Of a stretch of DNA of 64,000 bases, positions 55,942 to 64,000 are shown piece after piece. The notes under the pieces were generated by a model. It was given only the letters and a program-made list of their open reading frames with translations, made no database searches and had not been told where the DNA came from. The stretch spans positions 1-64,000 of IMG/VR virus record IMGVR_UViG_3300024265_000041; one strand, 5' to 3'. Origin of the DNA: a virus. How positions within the stretch are numbered: the first letter of the stretch is position 1; every line of letters begins with the position of its first letter. Made by a program: the position numbers and the translations under genes.

Positions 55942-58799
55942 ACAACTATCTCTGACTCAATAAAGGTTTCTGTCTCAATACCTTTCAATTTAAGTTTAGA
56001 TAGTTCAATAACTACGCATGGCCTTTTATTAGCAAAATCTGGAGATTCAATGCACGTTTGGTTTGTGCTTAAACAGTAGTTTTCTTGATCCACCAGTTTA
56101 ATAAATTGAGATCTGTATTCTATTACTGTCTTGTTCCCCTGAAGTCTGACATACCTAACGTATAACGAATGACAAACTATCATATCTAAATAAAGTTTAT
56201 TCCCTATTCTCAAGTAATGTTCGTCTGGCACTAACCATGTGCCAGCCCCTGACTCCTGGAGAGCCGCCATTTCTGATAAATTATCCATGACTAAATCAAT
56301 TTCAGTTCTAGATTTCTCCATACTTAATTCTTTTGCAATGTGGTCAAGATGACTTATGAACTCATTTCTCAATTTATGGATCTCTTCTGAGATATCTATA
56401 CCAAATTCAGTCAGTGCTTCGTTAAGCAAATCCAGTCCAGAAATGGTTAATTGCAAAGCTATTTTTGGTCTGGTGTCTAACTCTTCAGGCATCACTGACT
56501 CGTAACTGTCAACTAAATGTCTAACGTGGGGACGGGGAGTTTTTAAAGCGTATAACATCATTATTTTTCCCAGCATGACTAGCGAGGGATGATTTCTAGA
56601 AAGGAATTTAAACGTATTCTCCCTGCCCTGCTGCCCCTCTAACTTCATATGAACCATTACCGAACGCTGCTGGAGCGCCGGAGCCATAGGCTGCTGCTCT
56701 GAACACACACACAATGGAGAAGTTATTGGGTAGGCCACCGTTGAAGCTCCAGTTCTCCCTCGTTGTACTGAGGGTCCTTTTTTATTGACCGTCCCCTTAC
56801 GAACAACCTGAGACCCCCAGGCCATTTTCAATATTTCCCCTGCTTTTTCATAAGAAAAAGTAGTTGACATTTTCGACTTGTTGTACTCATCTAAAACGCG
56901 TGGGGTGGTCGTTGTCGAAGATACCAAGTCTAATAAAGCGTAAGGGGTTATGGCTGACAGAGCTGCGGGGCTGTCCCCATTAACATGGTCTACTCCGTGT
57001 AGGAAACTGAATAGTATAGCTGTTTCTGTTTTACCAGACCCAGCGTTACCGTATAACGAGAGTAAAGGAAATTGTTTTCTGCCTTCTGCTCCGGTAATTA
57101 CATGAGTTTTAAAATGGCTAATCATAAACCAACCAAGGATAGCGCCTACAGCATTCATCTCGTTGACATCTAACAAGGACAAGGCTACTTTCTTCAGGTG
57201 GTTCATTTGGTCTAAGTCTGATAGGTTAGGTAATCTTGTTTTTGAAAGTATAGGAGGACACGGGATTGCTCCAACAACGTCGTGGGTACCAGAGACCATG
57301 TACTGATCTAAACTAAACCCAGGCTCTGTGTAAACTAATCTATCTGACCCTGGTGAAGACGGTGTAATACCGCATGTAAAAACTTCCATAATTTCACCAA
57401 CCCCCTCGTCTACGTCGTTGAATAATTTGTGTTTAATTTTTTGAACATCAGCATCAGACCCATAAAAAACTGGAGTTCCCAACCCAGCTATACTTTGGAT
57501 TAATGAGCTTTTACTATTAAATGAATCTTCTGCAACCCTAATGACCTTATTTACCGATCCGTTTTCTATAACTTCAACCTCTACTGCAGTTATTAACGAC
57601 CCATGCTTATCGTCTGTGGACCCCATTTCTATAAATGCTGACCCAGATAGTTTATACAAATTACAAGGTCGAAATACAAAGGTTGAGACTCTTTGAGGTC
57701 CTCTGTAGTACCCATCACTCTCCTCAGAAATCCCTAACTCCCCCTCTCCATCTGCAATTTGACATATCCCTTCAATAGGGCAACCTACACATGGACTCTC
57801 TTCAAAAACAGACTCCATAATTCCACAATTAAATTTGTACCTATCAGCATGACTTATCCCATAACTGACTAAACTTTTTATTTCTTTCCGCCTTTTTGAA
57901 GGGGAGTTGTGTCTGCTGCTTTTGCTGTTATTTGAGAACTCATCTATTACTGAGGATAGATCATTAATTGACTTACCTGAAGCGGAGCAATAAGTCATGA
58001 ACTGCATAATGTAATCATTAAAATGTTTGTCTGGGTTCATCCCAGAGAATGCCGCCATTTGTTTAATACAGTTCGGGTCTTCCCCATTAAGAGATTTAAG
58101 ATCCTCATCTGTAACTCCTATTGCGTTTGCTATTTTCTTATCTTCTTGTACCACCATCCTCCTAGAAGTTTTATACAACCCAGACAACGCATCTGATCTT
58201 AACCCTTTTTCAAATTTAGGAAACTCAGGATTAGGCTTAGGGTTTTTTGAGTAAGTTACATAAGTGTCTGGGGTTAAATCTTTCAAGTCTCCAAGGGATA
58301 CTCTAGTTTTTCTCTTGCCATTGTCTCGAAGTACATTGGCGACCCTCCACATCCTTCCCTTACCTTGACTATACACATTATAATCTAATCCCTCTTCATG
58401 AAAGTGACGAGCTATGCGTTTGTAAATCCTGGGAAGGCTGTCCTTAAACCTGAAGTCTATGAAGAATTCCTGTGGCACTAGGATATGGAACCCCTTCCCT
58501 CCAGAGCAGTAAATTTTTATATACCTTTCTGGAACCCCATAATTTATCAATTTATTAACTATTTTAATGGCAGAGTCTATTGATATTTCCAAATGACCCT
58601 GACAGTCAATATCAAAATACATTGGCCCTTTATATTTCAATGTTGACTGGTCTGTCTCGTCGCTGACTGGCATGTTCAATTCTAAAACTGAAACGAACAT
58701 TATGTTTTCTTCAGATAATTCCTCTTCGGTCGCGTTGTCTGTCCTTAAAATCCATTTCTCCTGGATATGACCCTCCCCTGCTTTAGTATATCTAATCAT
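55938..58799 (-). CDS. Primase-helicase (AEP-type primase plus P-loop ATPase)
   Basis: YFDID, SGGKGFH, Cys cluster (C...C...CVGC), Walker A GNAGSGKT and Walker B VLDE. Confidence 0.85.
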   Translation of the reverse strand: MIRYTKAGEGHIQEKWILRTDNATEEELSEENIMFVSVLELNMPVSDETDQSTLKYKGPMYFDIDCQGHLEISIDSAIKIVNKLINYGVPERYIKIYCSGGKGFHILVPQEFFIDFRFKDSLPRIYKRIARHFHEEGLDYNVYSQGKGRMWRVANVLRDNGKRKTRVSLGDLKDLTPDTYVTYSKNPKPNPEFPKFEKGLRSDALSGLYKTSRRMVVQEDKKIANAIGVTDEDLKSLNGEDPNCIKQMAAFSGMNPDKHFNDYIMQFMTYCSASGKSINDLSSVIDEFSNNSKSSRHNSPSKRRKEIKSLVSYGISHADRYKFNCGIMESVFEESPCVGCPIEGICQIADGEGELGISEESDGYYRGPQRVSTFVFRPCNLYKLSGSAFIEMGSTDDKHGSLITAVEVEVIENGSVNKVIRVAEDSFNSKSSLIQSIAGLGTPVFYGSDADVQKIKHKLFNDVDEGVGEIMEVFTCGITPSSPGSDRLVYTEPGFSLDQYMVSGTHDVVGAIPCPPILSKTRLPNLSDLDQMNHLKKVALSLLDVNEMNAVGAILGWFMISHFKTHVITGAEGRKQFPLLSLYGNAGSGKTETAILFSFLHGVDHVNGDSPAALSAITPYALLDLVSSTTTTPRVLDEYNKSKMSTTFSYEKAGEILKMAWGSQVVRKGTVNKKGPSVQRGRTGASTVAYPITSPLCVCSEQQPMAPALQQRSVMVHMKLEGQQGRENTFKFLSRNHPSLVMLGKIMMLYALKTPRPHVRHLVDSYESVMPEELDTRPKIALQLTISGLDLLNEALTEFGIDISEEIHKLRNEFISHLDHIAKELSMEKSRTEIDLVMDNLSEMAALQESGAGTWLVPDEHYLRIGNKLYLDMIVCHSLYVRYVRLQGNKTVIEYRSQFIKLVDQENYCLSTNQTCIESPDFANKRPCVVIELSKLKLKGIETETFIESEIVV

Positions 58800-59188
58800 G
58801 GACGGCCTCCCTTTTTTATGGACTGAAATAAATTCTTATCTTTAACCAGATACTTTTTCTTAATAGAAGAGAGGGTAGCAACTACAAAATCTTTTTCCAC
58901 TTTAAAAACAAACTCTGGAGACAGACCATTCCATCTTTTATTAAGAACTACTGGGATGGATGGGGTAAGTGTTACCCCACATGAGAGCGACACCATACGT
59001 AAACCACCCTGGTAAATACTCCCCTTGCTATCTATCACTGTCCAATGAACTGATCCGTTAGAGATCGTAAAATGGTCTAAAGTTACTAGGTCTATAAGTG
59101 TAGGATCTTTACTGGTAGAATTAGGCTCTCTCCCAATAAATATGGGGGACCCAACCTCAAGTACTATCCTGATGGTTTTTTTATTCAT
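58796..59188 (-). CDS. Hypothetical protein
   Basis: ATGA overlap with the primase gene. Confidence 0.6.
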   Translation of the reverse strand: MNKKTIRIVLEVGSPIFIGREPNSTSKDPTLIDLVTLDHFTISNGSVHWTVIDSKGSIYQGGLRMVSLSCGVTLTPSIPVVLNKRWNGLSPEFVFKVEKDFVVATLSSIKKKYLVKDKNLFQSIKKGGRP

Positions 59189-59205
59189 TAAATAATTCTG
59201 ACTAT

Positions 59206-59448
59206 TTACATCGTTATTTCTTTATCGCTAAGTTTTTTAAGAATAATACCCCCTATGGAACTTCTTTTCATATACTTAACAATGAATACTATGTCTTCAT
59301 TTTCTTCCAGCCCCTTCAACATAGTCTTAGTTGCCTGAACGTTAATTTCATCCAAAACTAACAGCCCACCTACCGCCATTTGGTTGTATTGCAGTGGGAG
59401 TTTTGAAAGATCTGTACAAAACTTTGTTTCTTTATGTTTTCTTGGCAT
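59206..59448 (-). CDS. Hypothetical protein
   Basis: AGGAG RBS. Confidence 0.6.
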   Translation of the reverse strand: MPRKHKETKFCTDLSKLPLQYNQMAVGGLLVLDEINVQATKTMLKGLEENEDIVFIVKYMKRSSIGGIILKKLSDKEITM

Positions 59449-59467
59449 TTCTTACTCCTGGTAATAA

Positions 59468-59929
59468 CTACAAACTAGCCACCCCTGCCTTATTTAATAA
59501 GTAGGAGAGTACATGTAAGTCGCTCTTTAAACTTTGAACTTTCTTTAGAATTAAATTATGATTGACATTAAAAATATCCGAAACTTCCTTAGTAGTAAAC
59601 AGGACATCCTTAAACCTCATTATTATCAACCCTTTTGGTATAATGCAATTGCTATTGTAAGACCCTACGAAGTCTATGTTGTGAGTTGAGATAGGGAATT
59701 TCCTAGTTTTTCTAGTAATAAAAACATTACCTGTCCTAGAATATAAAAACTTATTACAGTCTATAAGCCTCTCTAACCCTTCGCTCAACCCTACTACTTC
59801 TGATCCTCCAGCATACCCCCCTAAGTTTGGTTGCAGGTCATAAAAGTACATAGCTACCATACTTCTAAATTGCATTTCTAAAATGCTACAATCTACCAGG
59901 GTATCTGAGGGAGATTTCATCTGAAACAC
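59468..59929 (-). CDS. Hypothetical protein, possible C-terminal HTH
   Basis: FTTKEVSDIFNV segment; start uncertain. Confidence 0.5.
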   Translation of the reverse strand: MFQMKSPSDTLVDCSILEMQFRSMVAMYFYDLQPNLGGYAGGSEVVGLSEGLERLIDCNKFLYSRTGNVFITRKTRKFPISTHNIDFVGSYNSNCIIPKGLIIMRFKDVLFTTKEVSDIFNVNHNLILKKVQSLKSDLHVLSYLLNKAGVASL

Positions 59930-60170
59930 CTTTACTTAAAGTTATTAAATCTGCTGGGTCTAGAGTTTTAGAAAATTCCTTACCGGCCTCTTTAAGAAGA
60001 TCTGCAGCTAGCTTAACATTAGGAGGTATCCCTCCCGGAGTACCGTATATTGCATGACTTATCATTATCACAATATCAGACAGGGGGCACTTGATGCCTT
60101 TGCTTTCTGGCTTGATCATCCTCATCTTTTTTAATCTTGCATACGACTTAAACTGAATCAACTCACCCAC
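59886..60170 (-). CDS. Hypothetical protein
   Basis: Overlapping ORF within the operon. Confidence 0.55.
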   Translation of the reverse strand: MGELIQFKSYARLKKMRMIKPESKGIKCPLSDIVIMISHAIYGTPGGIPPNVKLAADLLKEAGKEFSKTLDPADLITLSKGVSDEISLRYPGRL

Positions 60171-60465
60171 GCTTAACCCCCCATATATTTTTAAGGATTT
60201 CTACGTCCTTTTCCATTTGCTTGCACAGTTCATCATCTCCAGCATCGATAAATATAGTTTTCAATTGTTGTCCTGAGTACTCAGGTTTAACGTTGTCCCC
60301 ATATAGGAAAAAGCAGGTTCTTGAAAACACTAGAGGAGGTAAAAACGGCCCAGCAAGTTTAAGTGAATAGTGGTTAATTAGTGATCTTTTCAGGGTAGAC
60401 AAACGACTATTTGCCCCTTTAAGATCTGGTTTATCTAACCTCAGAGTGAGAGTTATTTTTTTCAT
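60163..60465 (-). CDS. Hypothetical protein
   Basis: ATGA overlap with the upstream gene. Confidence 0.6.
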   Translation of the reverse strand: MKKITLTLRLDKPDLKGANSRLSTLKRSLINHYSLKLAGPFLPPLVFSRTCFFLYGDNVKPEYSGQQLKTIFIDAGDDELCKQMEKDVEILKNIWGVKRG

Positions 60466-60986
60466 TCCCTAAGTCTCAGCCATTCTCTTCTGTGACTGTA
60501 AATGGTGTCTATTTTCACACCAAACTTATCAGCAATATCACCTTTATTCTGTAAGTCGTACTCCCCTGAGTCAAGCATGTGGTAGAGTTCTTCAACTTTA
60601 TCTTTAGTCATAATGACTTTACCGTGATTGTCCCCTCTACATGCAGTTAGCTCTTTATACTTCTGAATAGTTACCCACTTTTGATGCCCTGGTCTAACAC
60701 ACCTACTATTACCACAGGTTGGCACCAGAATATGGGACATCGGTTTCGCTACGAAATGGTTAGGCAACCTTGGGGCTCTTGCTTCTAGGTCATCCATATA
60801 TTGATAAACTAAATAGTTAGCAGAAAATTCTTCCTTCATGAATTTTGCTCTGTTAGATATCCTGTTACGCCAGTATTTTGGTTGCTCCCAAATCCAATGC
60901 GCTACTAACCCCTCGCCCATGGTTATCTTGCCCTTTAAGTAGAATTCTAATCTCTTAAGGAATTTAGTTTCTATCAAGTTTTTCAT
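60462..60986 (-). CDS. Degenerate HNH-like domain plus C-terminal HTH
   Basis: LVPTCGNSRCVRPGH; GDNHGKVIMT...IADKFGVKIDTI. Confidence 0.6.
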   Translation of the reverse strand: MKNLIETKFLKRLEFYLKGKITMGEGLVAHWIWEQPKYWRNRISNRAKFMKEEFSANYLVYQYMDDLEARAPRLPNHFVAKPMSHILVPTCGNSRCVRPGHQKWVTIQKYKELTACRGDNHGKVIMTKDKVEELYHMLDSGEYDLQNKGDIADKFGVKIDTIYSHRREWLRLRE

Positions 60987-60994
60987 TTACGCCT

Positions 60995-61402
60995 CTAAAT
61001 TTGGTACATTAATCCTTCACATGATTTTAAAATGCCTTCCCCTATTTCCCTCAACTCCTCAGAGTCTTCACCACATAGCCAATCTATTTCGTCTTCTTCT
61101 CTGCACAACAAATCAGCGTGACTGTCACCTACTGGCATCCCACAAACTTCCTTCAATAACTCCCCCACCCCTCTCCACCCTAAATACTCAGGCCACTCTT
61201 CAGCAGTCTTGCAGTGGCAACTCGGGTTGAAATTAGTTCCTGATAAAACTACCTTCTGTGATCTTAAATCTAAAATAGTGTATTGGTAGTTAACTAGATA
61301 CACGCCAGAGCTATGAAACTTAGTATCTACTTTATAACGAAGATTCAAAACAAATATAGAACCAAGTTTATCTTGATAGTCTTCGGTAACCGATCTTTTC
61401 AT
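60995..61402 (-). CDS. Hypothetical protein, first gene of the leftward replication block
   Basis: GAGG RBS; directly downstream of the 61506-61534 promoter. Confidence 0.65.
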   Translation of the reverse strand: MKRSVTEDYQDKLGSIFVLNLRYKVDTKFHSSGVYLVNYQYTILDLRSQKVVLSGTNFNPSCHCKTAEEWPEYLGWRGVGELLKEVCGMPVGDSHADLLCREEDEIDWLCGEDSEELREIGEGILKSCEGLMYQI

Positions 61403-61505
61403 AACTTCCTCTATGATTGATTATTTAACAGAGTAAAAGCAATAAAGCTTAAGCTAAATGGTAAATCTCTTACTGTTTTTAATTACCCTGTGTACTTCTA
61501 AGCCC

Positions 61506-61534
61506 AGTATCCTATCGACTGTGGTTTATGTCAA
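61506..61534 (-). promoter_or_regulatory. Sigma70-type promoter for the replication block
   Basis: TTGACA-17 bp-GATACT. Confidence 0.7.
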
Positions 61535-61579
61535 CTAAGTCTGGCGTAGCTTTAGGGATTTCCTAATACCCCATTTGTT

Positions 61580-61915
61580 CTAACAGGTTCTTTCTGTTGC
61601 TCTGCATTTTAACAGGCATTCGCTCTCTAACTGGTCAGTACCAACAACTTTAATTATTACGTGGTATACATTGCCCACCACAAGATTCGCAAAAGGATCG
61701 AATATTTTCCTGTAAACCCCATTCGATGCGGTGACATAGGGCAACGTAACAGGCCATGACTCACCAATCAAATCAACTCCGTTACTGTCTGTAATAGTTA
61801 CTGTCACGGTGGCATCGTTAACATAGATTGGGTTTGCTAACGGGTTTGTAACTGTGTGCTGTATTACTGTTGAGTTCCCAGGGGATAACTCATTAGATTC
61901 AGTTGATTCACTCAT
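61580..61915 (-). CDS. Ig-like/BppU-N-like virion adaptor protein
   Basis: All-beta 111 aa; VNDATVTVTITDSNG...SNGVY...GNVYHVII. Confidence 0.55.
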   Translation of the reverse strand: MSESTESNELSPGNSTVIQHTVTNPLANPIYVNDATVTVTITDSNGVDLIGESWPVTLPYVTASNGVYRKIFDPFANLVVGNVYHVIIKVVGTDQLESECLLKCRATERTC

Positions 61916-61917
61916 TA

Positions 61918-62124
61918 TTAGTTTCCTGTAATTTCTGTCTCACCGGTTAAACCTGCAGTTACGCTAGCTTCCCCCGTTAGTGCATTTGTTGGTACTGTAT
62001 CAGAGCTATACGCGTAAGTTACTGATAACTCACCCCTAAGGAATCCAATTTGCCTTCTGGAGAAAAACCCTCGTGTGATTATCCTCTGTATCAAACCAAA
62101 CCCACGAGATATTAAATTAGACAT
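61918..62124 (-). CDS. Small putative fibre-connector protein
   Basis: Duplicated I(S/T)RGF motif and a beta-strand-like tail; coupled to the fibre gene. Confidence 0.5.
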   Translation of the reverse strand: MSNLISRGFGLIQRIITRGFFSRRQIGFLRGELSVTYAYSSDTVPTNALTGEASVTAGLTGETEITGN

Positions 62125-64000
62125 TATGTAGCCCTAGTTTTACTTGTTGGAATATCGGCGTCATCCAGGGTGAATGTCATTGCTGCCGTTACGTTGTCAA
62201 TTTTATAATCTGTCCATGTTGTACCTACTTGTGCAGGGCTTCTTAAATCTGACCAAATCATATAAAGTACTTGTGAAGGGGTCATTGCGGATCCGTCAGC
62301 CGCGTAGCTTTCAGTCATTGCTGTTGTCCAGACTCCATTAATAGAATCTAATATCAGATCTAATCTACCACCGTCCGTCCAGTCAGTTTGTAATTCATTT
62401 GTGTCAGCTAAAATTGAAGCTACATCCACGCCTTTAATAGCTCCATCGGTGTTAACTGTTGGGGACCCTGTTAAGTTGTTAACTAACTCCTTGTAAGTTC
62501 CTCTTACCTCCACAGTTGCATCTGCACCGTTTAATGTAACAGTACCTAATTCCCCACTGACCGTAATAACGTCACCAGCCTCTAACCCAGAAAGTGTGAT
62601 CCCACCACTGTAACGCCTAAACTGAATTGTTACAGCTTGCCCTGCTGTTTTTGTGAACGTAGGGGCTGCGGCTCCAGGTACCTTACTATAGCAGTCGTGA
62701 TAATTATAATCCCCTGCAAGAGTTTGAGTTACTGTCCCTCTGAATCCGCAAAAATCAAAGTGCCCTAGCTGAACAGAAATTGAATCTATATCGCAACCCT
62801 CAAAATGCACTTCTTCTGTCCCTGTACATATTCCAGAAACCTCTGAAGCACCTTGGAAATACGTTCCAGAAACACTTTTATTATTTAAGGCGAGCGTCCA
62901 ATGATCACCGAAGAATGAAAAATTATCACTAATCCCTTCCAAGGTAATGATGGATCCGTTTATGGTATGAAAATCTGTAAGTCCGACGCTAGATGAAAGA
63001 GTTAATGCGTCTGCTAATGTTAAAACTGGCCTATCAGCAACGCCGTTAAAGAATGCAACGACCCCCGCTTTCCCAGATAAAGTATTAACCCATATTCTTC
63101 CTAAAGCGTAACCAACAGAATCAAAGTTAGTAACGAAATCAAACCGCAAACGATCAGTAGCAATATTATTTGCGGTTGTAGATAAAAATCTAAATCTTAC
63201 TTTCCCTAAATTAGCACCTGTCCCAGTATATGCGTTAACAGCTCTAATTGTTTCCTCTATTAAGGTTGTACCAACAGCTCCAGGCAATACTAACTCTGTT
63301 TTGAATGCAGCATCACCCCAATGGTAAAATTGAAGTTCTACAGAGTCCAAAATACCACTAACGTACCCTCTCCAGGTGACGTCTGTTGCAACCTGAGTTC
63401 CTCCTAAAGTTACTTCATAATAGAAATCTGTGTTCCCCCCAACAGCGGCAACTTCATGTACAACTCCGTCCTCTTCGTGAGTCGCTTCGAATGTGAGAGT
63501 TTCAGTTCCGGTTGTAATCACTACACCAGTCGCATTGATTGCCCCACCTCCAGAAACCCCTGTCGACAACAGTCCAATTTGAGCTTGGGTTGCAGGGGCT
63601 TTGTCATTTTCATACCCGGTGCCGTCGTAAGTATCTTCAAGATTTCCTGCAGCAGTTGCGCTAATAGTCCCCGCTTCTATGTTATCTATACTTGCCTGAG
63701 TAAGTGCTGCTAACAGGACAGGTGAGCTAGGTAGCATTACATACCCTGATGTTGTGTTGGGAATTCTCTCCCATGGCCTATCGAGAGAAGCAATCTTTGT
63801 CGTACCATCGTAACTGAGAACTAATCTAGCCTGATCTTCCCCAGTGCCTGACATAACAAAAACCATTTGCCCTTCATACGCGTTATCATCTGGGGAAGCT
63901 AAAGTGTTTAAAGTGACTGTTGTTGATGTCCCAGCTTGTGCAAGGCCCTCATTAACATGCGTTCCTCCTGCATCTGCTATAATATTAAATTCGCTAGTCG
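62124..64000 (-). CDS. Long virion fibre-like protein (partial; starts beyond the window)
   Basis: The frame stays open from 63866 to the window end (...GLAQAGTSTTVTLNTLASPDDNAYEGQ-MVFVMSGTGEDQAR...); Gly/Thr-rich beta domains; C-terminal FTLDDADIPTSKTRAT. Confidence 0.75.
   Translation of the reverse strand, partial: TSEFNIIADAGGTHVNEGLAQAGTSTTVTLNTLASPDDNAYEGQMVFVMSGTGEDQARLVLSYDGTTKIASLDRPWERIPNTTSGYVMLPSSPVLLAALTQASIDNIEAGTISATAAGNLEDTYDGTGYENDKAPATQAQIGLLSTGVSGGGAINATGVVITTGTETLTFEATHEEDGVVHEVAAVGGNTDFYYEVTLGGTQVATDVTWRGYVSGILDSVELQFYHWGDAAFKTELVLPGAVGTTLIEETIRAVNAYTGTGANLGKVRFRFLSTTANNIATDRLRFDFVTNFDSVGYALGRIWVNTLSGKAGVVAFFNGVADRPVLTLADALTLSSSVGLTDFHTINGSIITLEGISDNFSFFGDHWTLALNNKSVSGTYFQGASEVSGICTGTEEVHFEGCDIDSISVQLGHFDFCGFRGTVTQTLAGDYNYHDCYSKVPGAAAPTFTKTAGQAVTIQFRRYSGGITLSGLEAGDVITVSGELGTVTLNGADATVEVRGTYKELVNNLTGSPTVNTDGAIKGVDVASILADTNELQTDWTDGGRLDLILDSINGVWTTAMTESYAADGSAMTPSQVLYMIWSDLRSPAQVGTTWTDYKIDNVTAAMTFTLDDADIPTSKTRAT

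Noticed and set aside
5820-58799. Inteins or introns in TerL, the polymerase, helicase or primase
   Set aside because: The ORFs are continuous, and I saw no intein terminal motifs or embedded homing endonuclease.
1-64000. Prophage boundaries, integrase or host genes
   Set aside because: All recognisable genes are phage-type; no att site, integrase or housekeeping gene was seen. Lifestyle cannot be settled from this window alone.

Overview
The whole 64-kb window is part of a dsDNA tailed phage genome with siphovirus-type morphogenesis genes. The host is probably Gram-negative, given the spanin pair and sigma70-type promoters. No integrase or repressor is recognisable in the window. There are four blocks. 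(1) 1-4.2 kb: small leftward genes in a region unusually rich in palindromes, hairpins and repeats, with divergent TTGACATA-type promoters. (2) 4.2-42.07 kb, + strand: putative TerS, GpA-type TerL, portal, S49 protease with a nested scaffold, decoration protein, major capsid, neck, tail tube, -1 frameshifted tail chaperone, tape measure, Dit, hub, NlpC-like and tip proteins. These are followed by a tailspike carrying a complete PhoD phosphatase domain, an S74-chaperoned fibre, the lysis genes, and a cassette of three paralogous ~160-aa beta-rich genes plus a protein with about 30 repeats. (3) 42.07-61.4 kb, - strand: SbcC/SbcD-like pair, resolvase, DUF1937-like protein, ExoX-like exonuclease, Pol I-type DNA polymerase, SNF2 helicase, primase-helicase and small genes. 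(4) 61.6-64 kb, - strand: a second, displaced fibre/adaptor cassette running off the window. The best candidates for something new are the PhoD-armed tailspike, the 'three subunits plus repeat ruler' fibre cassette, and the TTTCGTAC-N4-GTACGAAA palindrome and hairpin system of the left end. All protein calls come from motif recognition and synteny by eye; no database search was run.
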